Assembly: GCA_009859145.1 (NCBI GenBank)
Contig: VRVR01000014.1
Location: 1 to 64,000 of the forward strand
DNA length: 64,000 bases
Reading direction: 5' to 3'
Source: Andalucia godoyi And28
Lineage: Eukaryota; Protista; Jakobida
The notes under the pieces were generated by a model. That model did no database searches and had not been told where the DNA came from. It saw only the letters and a program-made list of their open reading frames with translations. Position 1 is the stretch's first letter. Every line of letters begins with the position of its first letter. Positions 10,390 through 20,797 of the stretch are shown here, piece by piece. A program made the position numbers and the translations under genes.

Positions 10390-11667
10390 TCACTGTTGCA
10401 ACTGCTCCTTGGGCTTGCGGTTCTGTAATTCGCGTGGACGGCGCTGAGACTGCTCTCCATCACCGTTTTGATGCTCCTTGCGAGGGATACGACCGTTCTG
10501 AGAAACAGAACCCGCAGTTCCTGCTGGACGAGGGCCCTTCGCATTGCCCTCGGGTCCGCGACCCTTGAGCGCGACCTCCACAGGATGACCAGCCACAGTC
10601 AAGCCATTTGAGGAAACAGCGCGCTGAGCAGCCTCCGATGAGTCAAAATCGACAAAGCCATAACCCTTGAGAGCTGCAAGCATCATGCCGACAATAGTTC
10701 CAAACTGACCAAAGACCTCACGTAAAACGGTCTCCGTGACAGACGGGTCAGCAGCAAACCGCACGTAGATTGTAGCATCCGCGGAACGCTTGGGCTTGTG
10801 CGTCTTCTCTTCTCCATGAGACGCCGATGACGTAGGAGGAGCAACTGCTGCAGCAACAGGGGCCTTCGACGATTCGATCTTCTGAGGCGCAGGTGCTGTA
10901 ACTGTGGTGGATGTCATTCCGGAAGACTTTGAAGAAGCAGAAATCATGGCAGCATATGACTTCGGGGCATCGGGTTTCTGTTCCTTTTCCTCCTTTCTAG
11001 GCTGTGACGACGCATCCTTCTTCGGTTCGCGCTTTGCCTGCTTTGGCTGTTGGCCTTCAGCTTTCTGAGAGGCGGCAGGTGCGGGCACATGGGTTTCCTT
11101 GGTGGCAGGAGCAGCGACAACACTTGCAACTTCCTTTGCAGGATGCGAAACTGGGACAGTTGCCACCGAAGCAGCAGGCGTATCCTTTTTTTCCTTCTCA
11201 GCAACAGAATGAGCAACTGTGGAAAGAACCGGTGAGGACGACGAAGACGAACCGCCAAAAGCGGCAGGAGCAGAGTCGGCGAAGATCAGCAGATCGTTCG
11301 TGATGACGAATGCGGAATCGACCTTCTTGAGCACAAATGCGCGAGAAAAGCGATGACGAGCAACAGAAGCAGAAACATGCAAGGTGGCAGTCAGCAAAAT
11401 GGTCAAGTCCCCGTTTGCATTCGTTGTCTGGGCTTGCAGAGTATCCACAACCGTGCGGCAGTCCAGTTCCTTCAGGTTCATATCGTCGAAGCGCTTGCGA
11501 ATAGCCTCTGCTCCAGATACTTCCAAGTCCGATGCGTCGCCACCTGAAACGGTGAGAACGGCATTATCCGCGTAAAAGCGGTAGAGCTCCTCAGGCTTTG
11601 AATGAAGAGAGGAAAAGTACACCTTGGCAAACAAGGCTGCAACAGACTTGGCATTATGCTCAGTCAT
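10390..11667 (-). CDS. NTF2 plus RRM protein (G3BP/Bre5/Nxt3 family)
   Basis: N-terminal NTF2 (FAKVYFSSLHSKPEELYRFYADNA...ITNDLL), low-complexity linker, RRM with KGYGFVDF. Confidence 0.85.
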   Translation of the reverse strand: MTEHNAKSVAALFAKVYFSSLHSKPEELYRFYADNAVLTVSGGDASDLEVSGAEAIRKRFDDMNLKELDCRTVVDTLQAQTTNANGDLTILLTATLHVSASVARHRFSRAFVLKKVDSAFVITNDLLIFADSAPAAFGGSSSSSSPVLSTVAHSVAEKEKKDTPAASVATVPVSHPAKEVASVVAAPATKETHVPAPAASQKAEGQQPKQAKREPKKDASSQPRKEEKEQKPDAPKSYAAMISASSKSSGMTSTTVTAPAPQKIESSKAPVAAAVAPPTSSASHGEEKTHKPKRSADATIYVRFAADPSVTETVLREVFGQFGTIVGMMLAALKGYGFVDFDSSEAAQRAVSSNGLTVAGHPVEVALKGRGPEGNAKGPRPAGTAGSVSQNGRIPRKEHQNGDGEQSQRRPRELQNRKPKEQLQQ

Positions 11668-12296
11668 TTTTTTTTTTTTGTTCTTCTTTTTTCTTTCTTT
11701 CTTTCTTTCTTTGACAGGAGAAGGTGGAGAAGGTGGAGAAGACGGAGAGCGAGAAGGAAAAGGACAGAGAGAAGGATGGAAAAAGCCACAAGGAAAAAAA
11801 GTGAAACGATCACACAGCGGCCGCAGAGGGTGTGCTGTGCGCAGCGTGCGCACGAAAACAAAAGTTGGTCTCTGACACATGTGCCCTTCCTGCCTTTTTG
11901 TATTGTGCACGCGGTTCGAGTTTTGCTGAGTTTTTTCCTTCTACAACAGCGAGAAAAAATGCGCAACGCGATTTTTTCCAGTCTTTATTATTATTATTAT
12001 TATTTTCAATATTAAAAAACAGGAAAGGGGATTGCTTTCTTGTTTGTGCACCCAATGCCGCGAATCGCATGCTCGTGCAAGGTACACGTCACGTGAACAG
12101 AATCTTTCGAGGCCATCATGAAACGGGAGAGAGATGCGCCGAGTCCATCTCCACACGTGGGTGGACGGGCCCGTGCTGATATGCAATTCGACGAACGAAG
12201 GATCTCGCGGTGCGCTGTTTCGAACAGTCCAACTACAGCTACAAGAGAAAGAAAAGGATAGGATAAAATAAAAAATGAGGATGGAGAAGCTGTTCT

Positions 12297-13481
12297 TCAT
12301 GTCGATCGCAACTTGCTCAAATACACTTTGGCAAGGACGGCATCATGCTGAGACGACGGAAAAGAATCGACGGTGTCCATGACGGTCAGGGAGTCGCTGG
12401 GGTCTCTTCGGAACAAGAAATATCCATGAAAATGCACAACAGCACGTCGAAGTTTTTCTTCAGCAGTCGACAGTGGAGTACGCCCGTTCTGAATGTCGCG
12501 CAGAGGACATCCAATGATCTTTTCCATCAACGAGTCACTGAAGAATGCTTCTTGCAGTTCCCTGCAAATGCCATCCGAAAAATACCACCTGCACGTGAAG
12601 CCCGAGTCGGGGGGCAGCGGAATGGATCCTGCGAGACAAGCGCGAAGAATCTTCATTTCTCCACGCTTGATGTCACCAAAGGACAAGGCAATTGCCGGCG
12701 ATGCAGGTGCCACGCGTGCCACAGGGGCAGCCCGTCGATCCACATGCGATCTGTCAGTCTCTGCACCCGCATGTTGGTGACTTGCGGACGGAACAGCACT
12801 TCCGCTGCTTGAAGCTGAACTACGCTTCTGATCTGGACCCCGACTACCAGAACGTGGTCTGTGGACGGAGCTCAATTTGTCAAGGTACTCGACACTACCG
12901 CCTAGCACAGAACACGTCTTGGGCGTCAGCAAAATCAAGCCATAGCTCACAATCGGGTTCTTTAGCTCAAGCTTAAAGCCAGACTGCAGATACGCCTCGT
13001 GCAGTGCTGGCACGTGAACCAGTTCCGAAGCGAAAAAACGATGCACACCATCCGTCATGTTCAGTTTCAAGGTTTTCGGGTGCTTCTTCCTTGAGCTGCC
13101 GTCGCGATTCTTGGCCAGAGTCGAATCGTCGTCCAACAATGCATCGGCAAATCCGCCATTCTCTCCAAGCTCCTCTGATTCATGCGACGGGTGAGACACA
13201 TCGACGGACTCGTCGACCTGCAGAACGAATGTGCCAGGAATTGCAACATTGCACATGGTGGACATATCCGCGGGCAGCTTGCTTCCAGCTGCGCACGTGT
13301 TGAAATCAGCATTCAGTGCTTGGTCAGTCAAGAACGTGGCCAGTGCTTCGACATTGCTCGCAATGTTATTCTCTCGCTCTTCGGCATGACAAAGCGCCAT
13401 GTGAATCCACTCCTCGCGCATAAGAATCCCGCGACGAGCCAGTCTCTCTTTTGCATCCAACAGGAGCGGATGATACTGCAT
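12297..13481 (-). CDS. RMI1: RecQ-mediated genome instability protein 1
   Basis: OB-fold motifs FVLQVDESVDVS, TLKLNMTDG, GFKLELKNPIVSYGLILLTPKTCSVLGGSVE; second OB-like C-terminus. Start taken at MQYHPL. Confidence 0.85.
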   Translation of the reverse strand: MQYHPLLLDAKERLARRGILMREEWIHMALCHAEERENNIASNVEALATFLTDQALNADFNTCAAGSKLPADMSTMCNVAIPGTFVLQVDESVDVSHPSHESEELGENGGFADALLDDDSTLAKNRDGSSRKKHPKTLKLNMTDGVHRFFASELVHVPALHEAYLQSGFKLELKNPIVSYGLILLTPKTCSVLGGSVEYLDKLSSVHRPRSGSRGPDQKRSSASSSGSAVPSASHQHAGAETDRSHVDRRAAPVARVAPASPAIALSFGDIKRGEMKILRACLAGSIPLPPDSGFTCRWYFSDGICRELQEAFFSDSLMEKIIGCPLRDIQNGRTPLSTAEEKLRRAVVHFHGYFLFRRDPSDSLTVMDTVDSFPSSQHDAVLAKVYLSKLRST

Positions 13482-13502
13482 CTTCTTTTGTGGATGGGGA
13501 GG

Positions 13503-13503
13503 G

Positions 13504-13555
<52 letters not shown>

Positions 13556-13571
13556 CGTTGTTGTTGTTGTT
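13503..13571 (+). repeat. (GTT)n microsatellite upstream of the RMI1 start
   Basis: About 22 units directly visible. Confidence 0.95.
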
Positions 13572-13922
13572 TACAGACGCATTCTTTTCTATCAACGATT
13601 TCCTTCCGTTTCACGACGACTGAAAAGCAAAATCTTTGAGCAAAATTCCCCCTCTCCAAAAAAATATTTTAAAAAATAATCATGATAAAATAAAAGCGCT
13701 GTGATGGGTGAATCGTGGTCACGAGACCCAATTCTTAAAGCGACACGCAGGAAGGCGATGTCGAATACATAGAATGGATGCGAAACCCACAGGTTGTTAT
13801 TTCCGACTCATTTACTGATTTTTCAAGTCCCTCCAACGATGATGCCGTGGTTAACAAGCAACAGCAGCAACAACAAAAACAAAAACAAAAACAACAGCAA
13901 TGATCATTATGAATATGTACGG

Positions 13923-14144
13923 TTAAGAGCGGTGCGAAACATGGATGTCGTGGTACTTCTTCACAGTGAAGTAATACGTGGCGACTCCAAGAGCAACTGC
14001 AGGTGCGACATCAAAGAAGTTGCGGCGAACTTTTCCAGTGATCTTTGAAAACGCCGTAGACAGGAACCCCTTGAAAAGCTTCTGCTCGGCAGACGAAATG
14101 TGGTATGTAATAACGTTCTTTTCGAACTGAGGTGGACCGCCCAT
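13923..14144 (-). CDS. QCR8: Cytochrome bc1 complex subunit 8
   Basis: 73 aa MGGPPQFEKNVITYHISSAEQKLF...; ITYxLSPxEQ-like motif, single TM, typical length. Confidence 0.8.
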   Translation of the reverse strand: MGGPPQFEKNVITYHISSAEQKLFKGFLSTAFSKITGKVRRNFFDVAPAVALGVATYYFTVKKYHDIHVSHRS

Positions 14145-14384
14145 TATTTGCACTTGAAAACTGTTTCGCTGACCAATAAGGACAACAGGAAGCACCAAAG
14201 CACGCAACAAAATTTAAATTTAAAATTGAGAGGAAAGGAAAGGAAAAGGAGAGAATATGTGTGAAAGTGAGTGAAAAGAGGGGAAAAAATAAAAGATGAA
14301 AGACTCGTGTCAATAAGCGCTAAACACGCAAATCCTTCATTTGGTGTTTTTTTTTTTTTACAGTTGCGTTTTTTTCAGACCAAG

Positions 14385-14560
14385 AACACTGGAGGGACGA
14401 TCGCCGGCTTGGGCATGTGGGGCGACTGGTCAAAAGAATGTCGTACCGCACATCGCCACATGAGGAATGCGTAATGCGAAACTCCTCGCTTGCCGCCGGA
14501 ATCCCGGGTCAAACGCTGCGGGCAGTTGACAATGTTGTAAAAGCACAGATTTTGCTGTGC
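14385..14560. ncRNA. Candidate structured RNA (multi-hairpin GC-rich island)
   Basis: Four to five adjacent hairpins visible by eye; no family motif recognised. Confidence 0.25.
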
Positions 14561-14587
14561 TTCCACTTGCTCGCAAGCGCCAGGAGT

Positions 14588-14713
14588 CTAGTGTCGCTTT
14601 TGATTCTTGTGTACAGGAGGATGAGCATGCGGGAACGAATGTCCGTGTGCATGTTGTGCTGGGTTGGATGATTGTGCGGGGTGCGCTGGATGCGTCTGCG
14701 GAGCCTGCTGTGT

Positions 14714-14788
<75 letters not shown>

Positions 14789-15889
14789 TTGCTGCTGCTG
14801 CTGCACAGCTGCAGCGTACCCAGAAGACGAAATTCCATATCCAGAAACTGGATTGCTAGCACTGTTTCCGTGTCTTTGTGGAAATGAATTGGCATAGGCA
14901 ACGGTTTGCAAAGGAACACCAGAGTTGGACACGGGTCTCTTGATCTTGCTGTTCTCCATCTCCCGCGTCCACGCACGATCCACGGTTTCCAATGTTTCCT
15001 TGAATGACTGGTAACTATCCGCGGACAGAACAGAAATGTAAAACAGCTCTTGCACAATTTTCTCGACAGCCAACATGTCAATGTCGTGCTTCATGAACCA
15101 ATCTCCCACAGCTTGCTTCGCGGTGAACGGCACGCTGCTGCCAGCAACTGTGGATGCCGCAAGAACACGGATTTCAGGAGGCTGGTTGTCTTTGGCTGGC
15201 TCTCTCACTATCAGAGAGGCGGCGAAAATGCAAGATAAGGCAACCATATAAGGAGGATATGCAAGATTGACGGAACACGAGAAGGAGTCGTTCAAAATGG
15301 CCCAACCGTCATCGACAATCTGCTGGAGCACAGCCTTCTCGCGATCGCTGCGTGCCGTCGACATGAAATCTTCCGCAGCATTCACAAAATCCTCGTAAGG
15401 AAGATGCAGAAAGATGTCATAGTCGTGCAAAACACACGCGTACACAAATCCTTCTGCGTCGAAAAAGTCAGTCGTGACGTACCGTGCCTTGCGATCAATC
15501 CTCGGGTTTCCATTCACCGGGCATTCCAGAAGCATGTTATGAACTCGCCGGTGGCCCAGCGGTATTTCATAAATCTTGCAGGCCAGCAGGACACACGCCC
15601 CGGCAACGAGAATCGGGTCGATGGACTCCGTGTACGAATACTTGGAGAAGAACATTCGGAAGATCATGAGTGCTCCTGCTTCTGCAACAGCCCGGATTTC
15701 CGTCCCGGACTGGTGCTGGAAATTGAAATTGAATCGATTGCATAAATCTCGGATGTAGCGGGAATAGTGCAGATCGAGAAACCGCAGTTCTTTTTCCTGC
15801 ATCCGACTTATGCGTACTCGTTCGCTGTAAATCTCGTCTAGCGGCCGCAGCGTCTTGCACTGATACGAAAGCCAATAATTCGTTGCCAT
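14588..15889 (-). CDS. CCNC: Cyclin C-like (CDK8 module) with polyQ tail
   Basis: MATNYWLS start like cyclin C MAxNFW; cyclin box (ALMIFRMFF...ACVLLACKIYE; HLPYED; YPPYMVALSCI); about 30 Q tract. Confidence 0.7.
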
Positions 15890-16357
15890 TCCTCATAAAG
15901 ACCTGCTTCCTGATGGTGACCCTTGCTGTTGCTGTTCCCGTTGCTGTTGTCAAAAAATAGCTCTAACGCATACAGCCACAATATCGTTGGTGGGAGAGGT
16001 TTTGGAATTCAAGGCACAAAAAAAAAAAAAAAAGGGAAAAAAAAACACTCCCATACGCTCCAAGAAGCCGGCACGAGGTGCGGGAATGCAGTGAGTCAAA
16101 GTTGAGGCAAACGTGAGTTGCATCCTTGCAGGCGATGGTGACTGATCGAAGAACTTGGTTTGGGATGTTCGCTGTGCATTTTTTGCAAATAAAAGATGCG
16201 TGCAAACGAAACGAACCACGACGAGTGGGATTGGGTTGAGGGAATGTACATGATTAATTTATTTATATGAAAAATCAAATATTTATAATAATAATAATAA
16301 TAACAGAGAAACCAAGAAAAAAAAGTAAAAAACCAAATGATCCATACGAACTCAGCG

Positions 16358-16797
16358 CCTACATAATACACTGAAACATGCATGTCTATTCGTAGATATG
16401 CATATTCAATCGTTGCATCCCGTTGCCCGGAAGGGGATAGGCTCCAACACGCCTCACGGCATTCTTCAGATAAATGCTCCGCGCTCCGTTCCCAATCTCG
16501 ATCAATCGGTGAGCCACTTTCTCAGCGTGACACATTGTTCCTGAGAAGGGTGCATTTTGAGTCTGACGGCCCTAGCAGCAGGCGCTTTCGTGTCCTCAGT
16601 TGTAGCGCGATTGATGCACCTGGAGCTACGAGAGGAAGAGGCGGTAGGCGTAGTGACATGTGGTCTCTTAGTAGGTCTGCGGGACCTAGGCGGCCCTGTA
16701 TCACGAATTCCTGTGAAACAAACGTGCTAGTGTTGGCCACTATTGACCGTGTCTGTTTCCTCGTATGCATGACAATGACGTGCTGCTATTCAATGGT
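16358..16797 (-). mobile_element. Non-autonomous Fanzor2-derived element (copy A) with omegaRNA-like 3' end
   Basis: Left ~90 bp and right ~150 bp match 61665-62114. Encodes ARAVRLKMHPSQEQCVTLRKW joined to PIDRDW/NGARSIYLKNAVRRVGAYP; ends ATGTAGG. Confidence 0.85.
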
Positions 16798-17049
16798 CCA
16801 TTTCCGATGCACCCCGGCTTGAACCATCGTTCTTTTTTCCGAATCAGTCGTGCAAACCAGATGGAGAAAACGTCCTACGTTAGGATTTCAAGCATCTTGT
16901 CAAAGACGATGAAAACAAAATAAACACTCAAGGTGAATGCAGTTCAACAGTTGCCAACGATACAGAGGAAATCAACGGCTCTGTTGATGCTATTGAAAAT
17001 GAGTAAACCCGGTGGCTGATTATGAGTAGTTGTTATTAATTCATTGATT

Positions 17050-18447
17050 TCAGCGGTTGGGAAACTCAATTGAGAACACATGCAAATCTCCAAAGCAAAC
17101 TTCGCCATTGAATCCGCCCCAGACGTACACACAAGCATCTTCTTCCCCCACAAGAGATGCTGTATGCACCGATCTTTTTGATGGTATGTCGCCCTTTGGA
17201 AGCACGTGCTCCCACACCATCGTGTCCAGATCCAGAAAATACACTTCGTCGCTTCGCGATATACCATCACTGCCCCCAAACAACATCAGCCGTCGGCGCT
17301 GCGCACCCCGTTCGCACCAGTCGGAATAAGAGTACTGCGAAATACAATCGGAGCTGCAGTCACTGATGTCGAGTGGATCCTGTTGCAGCAGCTCTCCAGT
17401 AATGGTGTGCATAATCGAGCAATTCGGGCAAATGTGTCCATGCAGGACTAGAGAGTGTGCGGCTCGGGGAGAAGGAACGGCGCCAGCCGTCTTTGGCAAA
17501 AACCATGTCAACGTCGGTAAGTGCAGTATCCAGAGAGAATTGGAGAAGTTCTGCGGATGCCACCGACCTCCAAAGACAAGGACACAGTCTCCGGCGACGA
17601 CCGCAGCGGATGCTCCCATTGGAGGTGGAACGGCTCCGTGCGTAAGGACCTGTTCCAAAGACCACGTTTCAAGGTCAATGCACCACGTGTCTCCATGCAT
17701 GCGTCCGAATCCGTCGTGTCCATGAGAAATCCACACCTTGTTATTGTAGAAAAAGGAAAAATGCTGGGATCGTGGTGGCGGCTTTGGACCCCGGATATTC
17801 CGCCTCAAGACAATGGATGGCGAAAACCACCGAACAACAAAGAACTGCTGTGGATCATCGGCATCGGCTGGAAACTCCAGATGAAAAACGTGCAAGTCTT
17901 CAAAAATGGCCCTGCGGTTCTGGCCTCCGTAGACCACAAAGCGCGTGTCGCTGATGGCCGTCGCGGAATGACCACCTCGCTGCAGCGGACATCGCCCGGT
18001 GCCTTCTAGTCTTGGCAGGAACCATCGGAAGGTCGTCGTATCCAAAATCCACATGTCCTCATGAGACTCGGAGTTTGGGCTTCTCCACCCACCCACAATC
18101 ACCAAATATCGCCCGTTTCCAAGAAGCACAGAAGCATGGCCATATCGAGACTTCGGCACCACTTCGCCACTTGGAGACAGATTCACCTCTTCTTCGCGTG
18201 CAGAGACAGGGAAAACACCGGTTGGAAACAAGGAGCTGAGGGGAGGAACAAAATGGTCTGGTGCGCGAAACGCCCCTGAATCGAACAAGGTCTCCGTAGG
18301 AGGTAGGTCATAATGTGCACTTCGATGAGGGCCAGACATGTGAAAGGTTGCAGCAGCAGGAGCCTGCGGACCGTACACCGACGCAGGTGCACTAGAGGGA
18401 GGGCCCGATGCGCTCTCCACGAATTTCCACTGATAGACCTCACCCAT
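17050..18447 (-). CDS. Kelch-repeat beta-propeller protein
   Basis: Repeated SRYGH/QRGGH/PRSQH/PRAAH/KRSVH...GG kelch motifs; start taken at MGEVYQW. Confidence 0.85.
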   Translation of the reverse strand: MGEVYQWKFVESASGPPSSAPASVYGPQAPAAATFHMSGPHRSAHYDLPPTETLFDSGAFRAPDHFVPPLSSLFPTGVFPVSAREEEVNLSPSGEVVPKSRYGHASVLLGNGRYLVIVGGWRSPNSESHEDMWILDTTTFRWFLPRLEGTGRCPLQRGGHSATAISDTRFVVYGGQNRRAIFEDLHVFHLEFPADADDPQQFFVVRWFSPSIVLRRNIRGPKPPPRSQHFSFFYNNKVWISHGHDGFGRMHGDTWCIDLETWSLEQVLTHGAVPPPMGASAAVVAGDCVLVFGGRWHPQNFSNSLWILHLPTLTWFLPKTAGAVPSPRAAHSLVLHGHICPNCSIMHTITGELLQQDPLDISDCSSDCISQYSYSDWCERGAQRRRLMLFGGSDGISRSDEVYFLDLDTMVWEHVLPKGDIPSKRSVHTASLVGEEDACVYVWGGFNGEVCFGDLHVFSIEFPNR

Positions 18448-19293
18448 TTGCTTGATCTTCCTCTCGTTGCTGTTCTCGTGCTTCTTCTTGATGTTTCCGG
18501 GACGTTCCAAAAGTGCCCGCGACAAAAAATAAATAATAATAATCGCAAAACTGTTTTGGAATACTCGCTCTTTAAAGACACGGATGTCGAACGCACTTGC
18601 ACGTGATGAACATGAGAAATACAGCAACGAAGCACCGAGCAAAAAGAAAGGAGAAAGACGCAGAGAGGAAAGAGGAACACCACCTGTTTGAGGCATGTTT
18701 TTCTTTTTCGCTGACGCCTGTAGATCCACAGGGGACCGGCAGTCGGGGAAAATCCACCGAAATACTCCGCTTCCGGACTTTCCCCCCTTCGCATTCCTTC
18801 GTAGAAGCTCATATTCAGACCAGCAAAGTCCATGAGGGAAAAAACCCCAATCTCTTCTTGCAAACCTATTTGTTCTCTCTTCTTTTTTCTTCTTCTGCTG
18901 TTCGTGACCCGTTTTTTTCTTTCTTTTTTTTATCACGCCAAACCTCAGTACAGACCACGCACCACGCATCTCATAACATCCACTGTGTCCGCAAAATAGC
19001 CACACTCAATCAAATTTCCTGACAAGTTTCCAGCAAAAAGGCTCCATATGGTCGTTCACTGTTGAAAATGCGTTCTTAATAATCCCCAGCCCACCAGCTT
19101 TCTTTTTCTAGAAGGTATTCTCGCCCGTCTTCATCATTTCCTTTGTATTGAACAATGCCGCGGAGCACCTTTCCCTAACCCTTTTAAGCAATGGAGTAGT
19201 TTTTTTGATATTTCCCTCTCCCTCTTCTCTTCCGTAGCTGCGTCACCAAACTATTCTGTTCGACTCTTATCTTCCTTTTTTGACTTCTGAAAA

Positions 19294-20406
19294 ATGCAGA
19301 TCCCTTTCTTCGAAGCCCGAGAGTCCTTGCGCCTTCCGGTCCTCGTGTCTCCTGGATCTTTCCAGATCCCGTCGCCGCAGCCTGTTGCGGTTGCGGTTGC
19401 TCCGGCTTCCAGGCTCGGGCCCGCACCGGAAGAAATGGCCCTGGATCATACCTTTGCGGTCGACCTTTCTTCTCTCACCGCTTTGACCTTTTCTTCTTCG
19501 TTCGGCCCAACCCTGTCGTCAATGCTGCCGTTTCCTCCAGACGGCTTGTTTTTCACCTCCGACATCGCCCAGCCGGAATACCAGGCGTCTCCTGTGGACC
19601 AGGCTGTTGCTCCGGCCTCTGCTTGCGTGAATCCCGCAAACACGTGCTTGATGGCATCAGGGTTGTCAGCGTTTGGTTCAGAGCACATGGCATCAATGGT
19701 ATCGGATGTCAGTTCTTTCTCTGCCTCTGCCTCTGCCTCTTCCTCATCCTCTGCTTCTGCTTCTGCTTCTGCCTCTTCCTCTGCTTCTGGAGCGCATGGT
19801 AGGGATACCAATCCCCCGGTCTTAAAACCGGATGAGTGGACGGTCGTAGGGCATCCACGAGCTGCTTTGGGCTCCGTCCGAGCGTTGGTGCGAACCAAAA
19901 AGTCGTCCGAACTGCTCGAGTTTCCGTCACGGTTTTTCTGGACTTCTCGCTACGTTTGGAAGCTGGTGACCGACGATTTGGAGATTCTGCGCAGCTCCGT
20001 CAAGGTATCGCTCCTGAACGGCGCGACCTTGAACGAAATGGATCGCGGGCTCGTGGGTACAACGTTCATCGATCGTTTGGAAACACAGGACTCCATCCCA
20101 CTGGCATTCAAGTTTGCCACCCACTCTGCTCGAGAAAACGGTGCCGAGTTCCGTCTGAGGTTTTTCTTTTCGTGCGGATTGGAAATGTTCTCTCCGTCTT
20201 TCCAGGTTCTCGCACGGCGTCCGAATGGCGAGGTGTATGCTCCAAAGAAGCGTTCGTACGAAGCTGCATTTCTCGAATCCCCAGAAGAACTCTCATTCGA
20301 GGAAAGGGTCGCGGTCATGCAGCGGTTTCTCACTGTGCTGTCCGTTCTGGAGGATGCGGAAGAAGTCGAGTATTTCAAGAAGAGGGTGTTTGATGTACTG
20401 AAGTGA
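19294..20406 (+). CDS. Hypothetical protein; low-complexity N-terminus plus a beta-rich domain resembling CudA-like DNA-binding domains
   Basis: 370 aa ORF; LAFKFATHSARENGAEFRLRFFF...SPSFQVLARRP. The family call is tentative. Confidence 0.6.
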   Translation: MQIPFFEARESLRLPVLVSPGSFQIPSPQPVAVAVAPASRLGPAPEEMALDHTFAVDLSSLTALTFSSSFGPTLSSMLPFPPDGLFFTSDIAQPEYQASPVDQAVAPASACVNPANTCLMASGLSAFGSEHMASMVSDVSSFSASASASSSSSASASASASSSASGAHGRDTNPPVLKPDEWTVVGHPRAALGSVRALVRTKKSSELLEFPSRFFWTSRYVWKLVTDDLEILRSSVKVSLLNGATLNEMDRGLVGTTFIDRLETQDSIPLAFKFATHSARENGAEFRLRFFFSCGLEMFSPSFQVLARRPNGEVYAPKKRSYEAAFLESPEELSFEERVAVMQRFLTVLSVLEDAEEVEYFKKRVFDVLK

Positions 20407-20797
20407 AAAACGGACCGGCTCGTTCGATGATTCACACCGCGTGATGATGTTCATGATGTTGTGTTGTTATTGGACTGTTATCTTTGTTTGGTTGTAAAAA
20501 ATAATAATAATAATAATAATAAATCGTATTTGTTATGTTGTACAATGTTTCATGCATCGTTTAGGCACCCACTCACCCCCCCCCCCCCCCCAAAAAAAAG
20601 AGAGAAGAAAAAGATGATAATCATGGTGTTGCGAAACGATCGGACATTTCGTAATTGTTGTAATAAAATAATGTGCTTTTGTCAAAAGCAAACAACGACG
20701 TGCGTCCACAGTTCAAAACCGCAGGTTATAATTCGAAATTTATGAACATCAAACAGTCTCCCGGCAACAAAATGTTTCTTCCACGACACGAAGTGGG

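Noticed and set aside
14460-14482. ATGAGGA...GAAAC resembling a hammerhead ribozyme core
   Set aside because: C3 is replaced by A, the stem II closing pair is absent, and stems I/III with an NUH site cannot be formed.
18448-19005. Upstream extension of the kelch ORF (similar extensions for NTF2-RRM, RMI1, GCLC, PILS, VAMP7)
   Set aside because: Translates homopolymer and microsatellite spacer DNA; downstream ATGs fit the homology better.
19173-19182. CCCTAACCCT, resembling a telomerase RNA template
   Set aside because: A 10-mer permutation is expected by chance in 64 kb, and no supporting structure was seen.
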